Assembly: GCA_964247055.1 (NCBI GenBank)
Contig: OZ176059.1
Location: 744,001 to 808,000, forward strand
Direction of reading: 5' to 3'
DNA: 64,000 nt
From: Paragordius varius
Taxonomy: Eukaryota; Animalia; Nematomorpha
The position numbers and the translations under genes were made by a program. This document shows, piece by piece, positions 14,401 to 24,591 of this stretch. The notes under the pieces were generated by a model. That model ran no database searches. It worked only from the letters and a program-made list of their open reading frames with translations, and was not told the DNA's origin. Numbering within the stretch: position 1 is the stretch's first letter; each line of letters opens with the position of its first letter.

Positions 14401-17400
14401 ACTATGTAAATATTATATACTTTGTTACTCGAATTTAATTGTTATAGCAAATTACGTACACCTAAAATTAGTATATATATAAAGCACAAAAAAACCGAAG
14501 AAATATCATTTCAAGTTTTAAGTTTTATACTCTTGTTACCTTGCTAACATCTGGTGGCCAAGCGAATCCGAACTAATCTAACAACTAATCTTACATAACA
14601 GCTCCCACCGAGTCAAACTCGGATGGTGTTTAAAATGCAACAACCATGACAATGTCAATTGCCAATATCACCAACATGCCCACAAAAAAATATAAAAATA
14701 ATACAATTTAAATCTCACAGAATATTATGATATACAACCAAAGTATATATTTCAAGTATGCATGTAACATGACTTCCCCCTAGGGAGAACCGGGCCGACT
14801 CCCGCCGAATTCTCTCGGGGTAACGTAACGTTTTTTTAAGTCGTGATGAGATCCGGAGAGAGACAGTTAAGGATGAATTTTGCATAAGGTAATCAAGGCG
14901 ATTCATAACCAAGATTGGAGTGATGTTGAGTTGGCTGGGTTTACGAACCGAAAAGGAGATATTTCTTACCAATACGGATTGCTCAGTTTGAACGATCGAA
15001 TTATAATCCCAGAAAGCTTACAGGCGAATGTGGTCAATTATTTACACAGCGGGCATAATAATGTAGAAACGATGAAAACAATGGCAAGGTTTATCTGTTT
15101 TTGGCCAAAACTAGAGAACGATTTGGTAGGAAGGTACAGTGAATGTAGCTCATGTCAAGTAAAGAAGCCAAGCCTAGGTGAAAATCCCACTCATCAATGG
15201 GATCCAAATGCTGCGATATGGGAGCGCTTACACATCGATATAGAGGGACCAGTTGACGGGTATTTTTGGCTGTTGTTGATTGATAGCTCATCAAAATGGT
15301 CGGAAATGTTAAAACGGTTAATTCGGTAGATATATTGCACAAACTCGAGGAAACCTTTGCCAGGTTTGGGTTTCCGAGGACGGTAATAAGTAATAACGCT
15401 TCATATTTCAACAATTCATACTTTACATCCACCCTAACAAACTTGGGAATTAAGCACGTGAGGGTAACCCCCTATCATCCTAAAATTAATGGGATGGTAG
15501 AATGGTTAGTGGGGACCCTAAAGGGCAAGTATAGAAAAATCAAAAATTATGATATTTCACCGCAGGAAGCTTTTAATACTACTTTATGGTCGTACCGTAA
15601 TTCAATACATGCTACCACAAAAGAAACCCCCTTCCAACTACTCTTTAAACGAGTCTCCCAAACACCCCTGACCTGAATCAACACAAAAGCAACAATCTTA
15701 GACGCACCCCGTCCACGCCGTGAGTTCTCAATAAACCAACCCATAATGATGAGAAACGAACAAAATCCTGGATGGCGAGCCGGCGATGTTGTTGATAGAG
15801 CGGGTCTTCTTTCGTACAGTGTGTGGGATCAGAAAAAACAGAATATGGTCAGAAAGCACGCGTACCAGTTGAAACACGTCACCCGCCAACTCAACTACAC
15901 CGGTCACTCAAAAAAATAGTAATGATAGTGATAACGACAATACAGTAATAATAATGGTAACAGTTAATAGAATAATAGTAATGACAATAATAATAATGAA
16001 AGTAGTATTGATAACATTAATAGCAATAATGACAATATCAATGCAAATCCGCACGAGCGTCGTTACCCCGAGAGAATTCGGCGGAAGCCGGTCCGGTTCT
16101 CCTAAGGGGGAAGTGATGTTACATGCAAATTTGAAATACATACTTTGGTTGTATATCATAATTTTCTGTGTATGTAAATATTATATCCTTTGTTTCTCGA
16201 AATTTTATTGTTATAATGTAAATTATGTACACCTAAAATTAGTATAAATAAAGCACAAAAAAATGAATAAATATCATTTCAAGTTTTATGTTTTATACCC
16301 TTGTAACCTTGCTAACAGTTATATACGTTAATCATGGTATTTTTTGTATAAAGTCATACACTTAAAAAATGAAAAAGTTTTGATTGATTTTAAGGCACAA
16401 AACTAAAGGATATGAAACTATGGTTGACATTATAAAATAATAGTTCTAACATCAAACTCCGTATACCCGTTTTACGGCCTTAATCTAAATCTTATATATC
16501 AGACTTTAGAGATAATAACTACAGTATTTCCTTAGAGTTAGTCTTATTGGAAATTTTGGCCGAATAGATATGCCTTTGGTTATTTACAACTTTATTCCGA
16601 ACCACTAACGTGTCTAATATTAAAAAATAAACCGATAATTTTAAAAGATTTGCTCAGATGAGCATCCCAAAGTCCCAAATGATAAACATTTTATGCCAAT
16701 GCGATAAAAAAAAATGAAGACCTTAAACTCTAAAAACAGCAAATTCACAATATAAAGGGTATTTTTCTACTTTTATGGCAAATTTGTACAGCCTAGATCA
16801 GAGGTGGGGAACACGCGACCCTTGACAATTTACTGAAGGTCGTGAGAAATTTTAGATACAAAATTTTGCGAAATCCGGGTAAAAATAATTTTTATACAAG
16901 ATATCTGAATAAATCTCTCCAAATTTGGCAATGAACTAGCAAAAAATGTTAAATTAAAAAGTCGTTTTTAATATTTAATAAAATATTTGTTAATGCCCAT
17001 ATATTTTGCAAATGCGGTCAGCAAAGCCATTTGTGTTGGACAGCCCTATGGCTTAGAAGATCACACATGTTACATCATATAAATGCTCCTGGATGTTATG
17101 TTAATAAGCAAACATTCAAGTTTAATCAATATAAAAAATATTTTGAAAATATTTTTAAATTTAAGAGAAACTGCTTGTATCCAAGACACACTTTGCCGTA
17201 CAACCCCCGCAGTAATTAGCCTCACAAACGGTATTCGAAGGGCAATCAATGGTTTGGCAAGGATCAACAAAGCAACATACCCTAGGACGGTTGGGTGGGC
17301 ACTCCGTATTGGCTGGATTAACTAATTCTTAAATGATAATTGGATAATTGGTGCATTACTTTTTTAAAATTTGAAGCAAAAAATATTAAAACCTAAGTTA

Positions 17401-17609
17401 TTTCAAATTTTTAGCCAAATATATGTTGTACATATATCCGAAAAAATTAATTAAGGTATAAACTAATTTAATTGGCAAAATGAAAAATAAAAATGCTAAC
17501 AGAGATTACTTTTAATGATTTTCGCAGATGATTGAGTTTGTAAACTTGGAATCAATGTTAATAGTAATGCAGAGATCAAAAAATAACGATGGGATTTGGA
17601 ATTGTTCAT
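2493..17609 (-). CDS. Secreted protein: signal peptide plus six tandem 8-Cys modules (about 346 aa if all exons are used)
   Basis: Predicted exons (minus strand): 17609-17510 (MNNSKSHRYFLISALLLTLIPSLQTQSSAKIIK, donor GTAATC, phase 1), 17327-17172, 11786-11634, 8127-7975, 6160-6002, 4724-4569, 2691-2536, then a 35-nt intron (2535-2501) and 2500-2493 (NN-stop). All module exons are AG/GT-flanked, phase 1/1, stop-free and 153-159 nt. Total is 1041 nt = 347 codons. Confidence 0.75.
2536..2691 (-). CDS. Cys-module exon F (last module)
   Basis: Same peptide as E, differing at synonymous sites. Donor gtttat, followed by a candidate 35-nt intron ending tttgtag. Confidence 0.85.
3231..3805. mobile_element. 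TTAA-associated (piggyBac-like) MITE
   Basis: Starts TTAA|CACTTCGATTCAAATTGGGGTAT and ends CCCAATTTGAATCGAAGG...CCAAGTG. It interrupts sequence that is continuous in the paralogous unit at about 5205-5230. Other copies lie at 12179 and 20085. Confidence 0.7.
4569..4724 (-). CDS. Cys-module exon E
   Basis: ttaag|AA TTG...AGC A|gtttac. Encodes LAYSANTVCPPDRPKVSCFVDPCYTITCPSNSVCEANYCGGCTAKCVLDTS. Confidence 0.85.
6002..6160 (-). CDS. Cys-module exon D
   Basis: ttcaag|AA TCG GCG...AGC A|gttaac. Encodes SAADSANTVCPPHLPKVSCFVDPCYTITCPSNSVCEANYCGGCTAKCVLDTS, with an in-frame 3-nt insertion relative to E and F. Confidence 0.85.
6340..6734 (-). mobile_element. Truncated non-autonomous Helitron (5' half)
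   Basis: Closely similar to 56330-56739 (e.g. gagccgactatgttcggcgcaatcgaaa, ggcccgaactgggggcct). Starts A|TCTATATATTTATAAAAATG on the minus strand. The hairpin-CTAG end is missing. Confidence 0.6.
6880..7460 (+). pseudogene. Decayed Gypsy/Ty3 gag fragment
   Basis: FRLVRSNAESFTQFLERVVKIAAEETKFNDSIKERIRDALVIGLR resembles the conserved gag region of Ty3/Gypsy elements. The upstream frames (MNDNIKFVEYVDYV...; EQVLKTTLLAYGG) are broken. Confidence 0.6.
7975..8127 (-). CDS. Cys-module exon C
   Basis: ttaag|AA TCG...GCA A|gtgatt. Encodes SAYSTNAVCPPDRPKVSCFVNPCQTITCPSNSVCEANYCGGCTAKCVLGA. Confidence 0.85.
8690..11080 (+). pseudogene. Decayed mariner transposase, interrupted by a LINE at 9079-10628
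   Basis: Frame-broken mariner motifs in colinear order: QHLHTLLFL, TWF*RFNS, AEALNVSQ, then after the LINE QIVTFNGEWIF...NPKRK, RPNLFGK, VLHDYVPAHTGKP, ILPYPTFSPKLA and FDNFEDVGKWL. TIRs not identified. Confidence 0.8.
9079..10628 (+). mobile_element. RTE-like LINE with inverted 5' half (twin-priming structure), 14-bp TSD and (ATCT)n tail
   Basis: TSD AAAGAGCAATTTGC at 9065-9078 and 10629-10642. 9079-9837 encodes the RT core on the minus strand (RPIKLL, QFAFRQGRSTTD, FIDMEKAFD, YADD; with stops). 9838-10604 encodes a PHD-like finger and C-terminus on the plus strand. About 57 bp is duplicated at the inversion point. Confidence 0.9.
11634..11786 (-). CDS. Cys-module exon B
   Basis: taaag|AA TTA...ACA A|gtgatt. 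Encodes LAYSDNTVCPPDGPKVNCFVNPCEFITCPSNSVCEANYCGGCTAKCVLNT. Confidence 0.85.
12179..12726. mobile_element. TTAA-flanked (piggyBac-like) MITE
   Basis: TTAA|CACTTCGATTTAAATTGGGG...CTAAGTA|TTAA. Homologous along its length to 3231-3805. Confidence 0.75.
12991..14261. mobile_element. About 1.3-kb foldback (long-TIR) element
   Basis: Termini CACTGTGTGC...GCACACAGTG. Arms of over 500 bp are reverse-complementary around a roughly 130-bp centre near 13570-13690. No coding capacity. Confidence 0.85.
14316..16317 (+). mobile_element. Internally deleted Ty3/Gypsy LTR retrotransposon
   Basis: LTRs at 14316-14549 and 16117-16317 (TG...CA), 5-bp TSD GTTAT (14311-14315 and 16318-16322), PBS-like TGGTGGCCAAGCG at 14552, PPT AGGGGGAAGTGA before the 3' LTR. 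Only the integrase region of pol is retained. Confidence 0.9.
14860..16104 (+). pseudogene. Frameshifted Gypsy integrase (HHCC zinc-binding domain plus DDE core)
   Basis: ORF 14880-15329 (LHSGHNN...FWPKLENDL...CSSCQ, WERLHIDI) and ORF 15296-15676 (FARFGFPRTVISNNASYF, PYHPKINGMVE) are joined by a frameshift near 15305. The C-terminal RRYPERIRRKP lies before the PPT. Confidence 0.85.
16799..17048. mobile_element. hAT-type MITE (family H)
   Basis: CAGAGGTGGGGAACACGCG...GTGTTGGACAGCCCTA. Homologous to 61712-61970. Confidence 0.65.
17172..17327 (-). CDS. Cys-module exon A (first in transcript; 9 Cys)
   Basis: ttaag|AA TTA GTT...AGC A|gtttct. Encodes LVNPANTECPPNRPRVCCFVDPCQTIDCPSNTVCEANYCGGCTAKCVLDTS. 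Not shown in this frame by the ORF track. Confidence 0.85.
17510..17609 (-). CDS. Exon 1 (signal peptide) of the Cys-module gene
   Basis: ATG at 17609, basic n-region, hydrophobic core FLISALLLTLIPSL, polar c-region. It ends at A|GTAATC in phase 1, matching the phase-1 acceptor at 17327. Confidence 0.75.
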
Positions 17610-18664
17610 TTTTTAAATCAAATGATGTTTTTTAACGAATTAATATAATTTGAAAATTATTATTATTACAGTCTCTTATATTTCCCCAAAATATAAATAC
17701 TATTCAAATTAACTTAAAACATACAATTTGTGAATAAATATTTTTATTGCATAGTGGGCAAATTTTTATCCGAATAAGAAAGTTGGTATAAAGATGGTTG
17801 TTTTCTTTTTATTAATCCAGAAAGCATGAATTATTCATAATAGTTTGGTGATAATGTAAAAGATTAAATTTATTAAAGCCTATAATTTGGCATTTATCTT
17901 AAATTCTAATTAAGCCAATCAGCAAATCCCTTGCGCGTATTCTCCACAACGAAATTGTCGAATAAATTAAGAAAAAGTTGATAGCCTGCAACGACATCAA
18001 TTTACATTAACCAATAATTTATTGAACATTTTACGATGTGTATGATACAAAATTACCATATAATATTGGCCTAAAAATATTTAAACGGTTCATTCTCATT
18101 ATAAGGTAAAAACATTTGGGTAATATTGCTATATCAAAATGGCATTTTTAGTGCATAAGTAACTATGAAGATTGGGTTAAAATCACAAATATTGGTCATT
18201 TAAAATAGTATGTTTTTTCGAATCCGTTTGCTTAATTAAAAGTTAAATATATTTACTCGGCAAAAATATTTGGAAAAAAGCGTTTAGATTAATGGAACTT
18301 GAGTGACAGTTTATACAGTAGAGATGTGCTTTTTAAATAGGAGGCGGCTTTTCTGCAGCAATTTTAGCACTTTTTTAAAATGTTTTGTGAAAATTTTTAG
18401 GAGATTTTTTGGTTATTTTTATTTTTAAATTGATATATTTTATAAAAATTTTTAGAAAGTTAATTCAATAAACGATAAGCATCAAAATTACAAGGTGATG
18501 ATTACCTAAAGGTAAATAAGTGTATTGAATTACTTTACCGTCATCAAAAATCGTAATTTTATTCCAATTTTATAAAATGATATATTTTTTTGTTTTCACA
18601 ATTATCTTATGAATATTACTTTATGTATTTCTTTATTAACGTTTACCCAATTTTTGGCTCCAAA

Positions 18665-18920
18665 ACAGGGTCCAAGACAAATGGCTTTGCGGGCCGCATT
18701 TTTTCATCAAAAATTTAACGGACCGTTTAATTAGATTTAAAACATAAGAGTAGCCACTGTTTATTTTAACAGTTTTTGCTAGTTTATTGCCTAAATTCTA
18801 GTAGACTTATTTAGAAAATTTGTTTTAGAAATATATTATATTTAGATTTCGAATTTGGGTTGCATTAATATTTTGAAATGCCGCAGGGTGCCCGGGGCTA
18901 CGTGTTGGACACCCCGGTTC
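18665..18920. mobile_element. hAT-type MITE (family H), degenerate
   Basis: cagggtccaagacaaatggctttgcgggccgcatt ... gctacgtgttggacaccccgg. Confidence 0.55.
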
Positions 18921-19196
18921 TAGAAGTTACAAAACCGTATACAAGCCTTTTTATCAAATACAGGAGATATGTTTGATTTTAACTACAATAACTTTCAAAA
19001 CGGTAGTTTATTTAGATTGAGCTCTGGGATATAAAACTACCCTACTAGGTCATCGCGGACAAATAAGTGACGCAAATTTTGCTATTTTAGTACTTACCAC
19101 AGAAGTGTTATTAATTTTCTTATTACTCGAAAGGAACTAAAATCGTCATGATATTGATGATACATTCTATCAGAATATCTAAATATAATTATATGT

Positions 19197-19539
19197 ATAT
19201 ACCATTTACAATTCAAATACACCCTTAAACAATTCAAAATCACCCTTGAACAATATAAATTCACTCTCAGACAATTTAAATTCACCCTCAAATAAAATTT
19301 ATGTTTGTTAAAATTAAAAAATACCTATATTTTATACATTTTTGAAAAATAAAAATTTTGTTTTATATTAAATACTGAAAAAATAAAAAATTATGCTATA
19401 TTATTAATAATGAGTTATATTTGTTTGAAAACATATAATTTAATTTTAGGGTGAATTTAAATCGTTCAAAGGGGAATTCGAATTGTTCGAGGGTGAATTA
19501 AAATTATTCGAGGGTGAATTTGAACTGTAAATGGTTTAT
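19197..19539. mobile_element. MITE with 21-bp subterminal arrays (family 21A)
   Basis: Termini ATATACCATTTACA...TGTAAATGGT and repeats of AACAATTCAAATTCACCCTTG. Confidence 0.75.
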
Positions 19540-19769
19540 ATTACATCAGGATATTTTTCATACCACCAATTTTAGGTACATTGTATTGGATTTATGTCTA
19601 GTTTCCAAATATTTTAGTGATATTTTTATGCATTTAGTTTTGCCTAGAAATTTTGTTAAATGTGCGGATGTTTTGTCATTGATATGGAAAATTTAGCACA
19701 AAAGTAGCAATAACGTTATCAAATCAATGCTAAAGACCAAAACCAAAAGCTTATGATATACCAAATATT

Positions 19770-19906
19770 TTCCTTCTCTCAATATTTCAAAAACTAGGTT
19801 GTCAACAAATAATTATTTTTGCGGCAAATGAATTCGCTGGTCATAAGCTATATCATGAAAAAAATTTTTTGTTAAAAAAATTATCCCTCTTATTTGCAGA
19901 CAGTGT
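19770..19906. mobile_element. Solo arm end of the foldback family
   Basis: Matches 14130-14261 (gcggcaaatgaattcgctggtcataagcta ... cagtg|TA). Confidence 0.65.
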
Positions 19907-20084
19907 ATATATATAATTAGGATATTTTTTGTGGACTCAGTGTAATGCAAGTTAATTTCATAATTTCGCGATTAAAAAATCCCCATCAAAGTGGTAATTT
20001 TTTTTAGCTTACTATGCCCGAAGCTAAAAGCCGCATGATCATGGATCGGATATTATAATTACCCCCGATTTTGTACAGTGTTAA

Positions 20085-20604
20085 CACTTCTAATTAAATT
20101 GGGGAATGTATAGACCCCAAATATATTTATGGTATATATGAAAAATTACGGAAAGAAAAATTAAAATTTGTCTACCCTAATAAAAATAAATTAAAAAGTC
20201 AAAATATCAAAATTCCTTTTAAAAAATTTCCATATCAAACTGATTCGATGGCATTTATTACAACATTTTTGCAAAATATCGTTATTATTAAACTCCAATG
20301 CTAAAATAAATATTAATTTTTATTAAATCAGATCTAACATTGATATTTGCAGAAATTTATTTTATATTATGTTTATATTTAGCAAATGCACACATGTCAT
20401 AGACTTAATTTATACCAAGAGGTTTACCCATAAATATAGCAATACTCTTGAAAATAAATCATTTTTATATTTCGGTGCATTAATGTTATAAAAGTGCCAA
20501 CTTTTTGCAATGGTATCAATTTGTTTCAGACAAAAAAATATTTGGTTTTAAACCCGGGGTCCCCAAATTGAAGCGGAAGGCTGAAAATGTGTTGCATCCA
20601 AGTA
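20085..20604. mobile_element. TTAA-flanked (piggyBac-like) MITE
   Basis: TTAA|CACTTCTAATTAAATTGGGG...CCAAGTA|TTAA. Third copy of the family. Confidence 0.7.
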
Positions 20605-21149
20605 TTAAACCCATTTATAACACTTAGTTTTTAAAGTCGCGGCCATCAAATTTTAATATATATATATATATATATATAATCAAGTACTTATCAATATATC
20701 TTAAGGGTAAATATAAATTGATGATTTTTAAACTATATAGATATAATTTGTAAATTTGGGCCATTATTTTGAATTTGTCTGTATATTTAATTTTAGCATC
20801 TCTCAAGAAAAGCCAAGGGTGTTTCAAAAAGATGTCTTGTACGAAATACGGTGTCTCACCACCAACCTAGCCATCAAATATGATGCTTCTTTGACAACCA
20901 AGTATTGTAGTTGCTGATTTTCAACGCTACAATAACATTGATTATATAATAATATTGTATTTAACTAGTTTTTTATGGAGCATTGAGACTTATTCAATGT
21001 TATAAATATTTATACTATTTTTTTCCATGTATTTATAATGTTATGTTTTACTTTTTCGCGTTATCCATACATTTAAATGTGAATTGGAGTTTGGCTTATG
21101 CATGCATGACTCTACATTTTGCCAATAATTCTGAGTCTTGGATAACGGT

Positions 21150-24100
21150 ATGAATATATCTGAGGAGAAGAAGGAACCAAGCAGGGGTAGATATGGATAT
21201 GAAACGGGAAACATTCGAATGTTGGAACGTACTCCAAGGTCATTTAAACCTTATACAGTTTCTGACAGAGGTACATCTACTATGCAACAAACCCAGCCAT
21301 TATCTTATTCAACCGTATCACTCCCAGTCTTACCTTTCAACAATCAATATTCTAAAGTTATGAAACCAAATTCTTTGGAAGATAAACAACCATTTAAATA
21401 TTCAACCTTTAATTGTTTTTTTAACCGGCTATATATCATGTGCAAACCGATATTGGGCATAACCTTAGCCCTATTACAATGTGTATCCATGGCATTTATA
21501 TATCTTATGGTGTCTTACGTTCGTAAAACTGACCCCAAAGCAACCGTTATGAATATAAGCATGTCATCAGATCAGACTTCGACGACTACCCCTGCATCTT
21601 CCATCATTTCTTCAACCATTACGAACGATAAATTTGATTCCAAAAACAATTTTACTCTTCTACATAATCAACAGCAAATTGGTGTGTCGCCCCTGTTTAT
21701 CAGTAATTTACGTATGATTTATCAATTGCTTGTGGTCATTCCGTTAACGGTATACTTTAAGGATCCGGTCCTTCCGCCCCGTAAATATGCCGTACCCGTA
21801 CTTATCCGCTGTGTTTCGGGTTCGCTCGGAGTTGTTTCCCTCATGTTTGCCATGAGTTATGCACCCATCTCAGATGCAAGTGCTATCGTTTACACGTCAC
21901 CCATTTTTGTGGCTATCTTAGCTCGGATTTTTTTGAAGGAACGGTTGTCGCTACTTGATAGCCTACTCCTCCTAGTTACTATTACTGGTGTCATTTTCAT
22001 TACGCGTCCCAATGCCCTGTTTAAACATATTTTACCCATGGATCAACCGGCTGAAATGTTGGATAAACGGTAGGCAGACGATTTTTATGTAACGGTTTTT
22101 TTTTATTACTAATAGGTAACGATATTTAATGCAATTTTGTCATAAGTACTAATTTTTATATTCCCACTGTGCATACACAGGTAAAAATATTATGATTTAG
22201 TTGTATTTTATAGATATTTTTGGTTTTATGGTTTACTTTTGGTTTTGGTGGGGTTCATGAGTTAAAAATATATCTAGAATTTAATAATAATATATCAAAA
22301 GATCACATTCTCACACTACATGATAAATAGTTTTTTAGGTTATTCAAACCAAAATATTTGTCTTATATTAGCAAAATCATTTCATATCAAAATCAATTTT
22401 TAACCATGATTAAAGTTTTGAGCACCGTTAATAAGTGTTTTGATAAGAGCAAAAAACTGAGGTTGTGCTTTAGTTTTTTATGTTATGAAGGTTTTATATT
22501 AAAGTTTATATTAAAAATATTTTGCTTTCGAATGTATATATGAAGGTATTTTAAATCATTCTGGAAACTTTAAATTTGAATATTCAAACTGCGACCTTAA
22601 GAGTGCTTTTTGATTGCTTATATTTATTTACTGAGTATAAACATTCCGCTTGATTCCGTAATATCTCACAATTAAAATATTTCATGAGAAGATTTTCCCG
22701 CTTGTTTCTTTGATTTCCGCCTCGGTATTTAATATACACATTTTGTTGAAGCGTTTTATTGATCATAATGATTCTAATTTAGAAGTCGAGGACACGGGTA
22801 CATTGAACTTCGTCAAGATGTGCCAAATAAATATTTAAATATAAATGTCCTAAAATCCTTATTGTTTTGTTTCGATTCACATGGAGTTGGCGTATTCAAA
22901 AATAAAATGTTTTAGTTAAGAGTTATAGGAATATAACATCAAATTGGTCTGTTATGATAACCAGATTTGTCAATAATTTATGGTTAGTAATTTTTATGTC
23001 CATTTTTGTAGAAAATTTTATTATCAAACTTTTTATGTAAAACCCGATAAAAATCTTGGTGCACTGACCTAATATCTAAGTATATCTGCATTATTAAACC
23101 ATACAATATTTGTCCATATTATATTGTGGTCCTTGAGACAAAACAATCGTTTTATTTGGACCGTCAAAATTTTTCGTGGTTTCTTTAAATTTATAAACAC
23201 TTTCACACATTTATTATTAAAAGTTTAATAAATAATTGATTTTTAAAAAAAAGTATGTTTCCTCTTTGAATCGCAAAAGTCCCACGAATTTTTTCATAAA
23301 TAATTTAAGGCTATAAAAATTGTTCAACGACATAGCAAAAAAATATTTTTTAACAACTGTTTTTAAACCAACATGCATGATTTATATTATTTTAATATAT
23401 TTATATGCCATTTTTTAAAAAAGAAATATGTCATAAAACACATGTTTTAAATCGTTTTAATCAGGTATGTTCATCACGCTTTTTTTCGATATACCCAAAA
23501 ATGATCTTAAAAATGCTAAAAAAATAATAAATTGGAATTATATAGAAGAATGATTATCCTAAATTGGGTTCAAAATAAATTTAAAAAAAATCCAAAAATT
23601 ATTAAAGCAGTCGCGAAGATATTTGTGTGTTGGACACCCTTTAAATCTACGGTTACTATAGTAAACATAAAAGCGAAACGAATATATATAATATTTAATT
23701 TTCCCATTTTGAAGAAGTATTATTTATCCCTCTATCAATTTCGCCTAACATTACTTTCGTAGTCCAACATTTTTACATTTTGACGAAATAATTTGGACAC
23801 ACCGTACTGGCCTTATAAGTTAAAACTTTTTAATTGATATATAGCAATTCATTGCTAATATTAAATGTAGGCAGCTGAAATCCTTTTTACATACCACAAA
23901 CCATTTACATTCGTCTTAGTTCGCTGATATTTTGACTATATATATTATTTGCGATTCAAATTCACCTTCAAACAATTCAAATCTATTTTAAAAATGAAAA
24001 ATCTGTTTTTGGGCTAATATAACTCATTATTAATATGAAATATATCTTTATGGCATAGTTTATTATTACTTTTTCAGTATTATTTAAATTTTAATCAAAA

Positions 24101-24547
24101 TTTCATTCCGTAAAAATATAAAAAATATAGTTGATTTTTACACTTGAAAAAACCATTTAATTTATTTTAGGGTGTATTTGAATTGTAAATGGTATATATT
24201 GACCAAAAATTAGAGCAAACTAAAATTTTACCTTTAACCAGTTCACAGGGATATAAGCAAAAAAATAAAAATTTGATAAGATAAAGTTTTAAACTGAAAT
24301 AATTTTAACAAAAAACGAATTACAAACATTCTATTGCAAGATTAATTAAGCAAGAATTCATTCCCTTTACATAAGGATTGGTGGATAGAGCGCAATATAT
24401 CGCTTAAATTTAATTTGATTTACACACCCATAATTAATTCAATGAGTTAAGCACATGGACCATACCATATATGAAATGATAAATTGTTTTACTAATGCGT
24501 TTGAGCAAACATGGACGATAAAACTTTTAATTTAATTTGATTCTTGG

Positions 24548-24591
<44 letters not shown>

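Noticed and set aside
19098-19178. 81-nt minus-strand segment with a tatttag acceptor and GTAAGT donor, as a possible upstream exon of the Cys-module gene
   Set aside because: It is only open in phase 2 and encodes no signal peptide, and a better phase-1 ATG exon exists at 17609-17510. It could at most be a 5' UTR exon.
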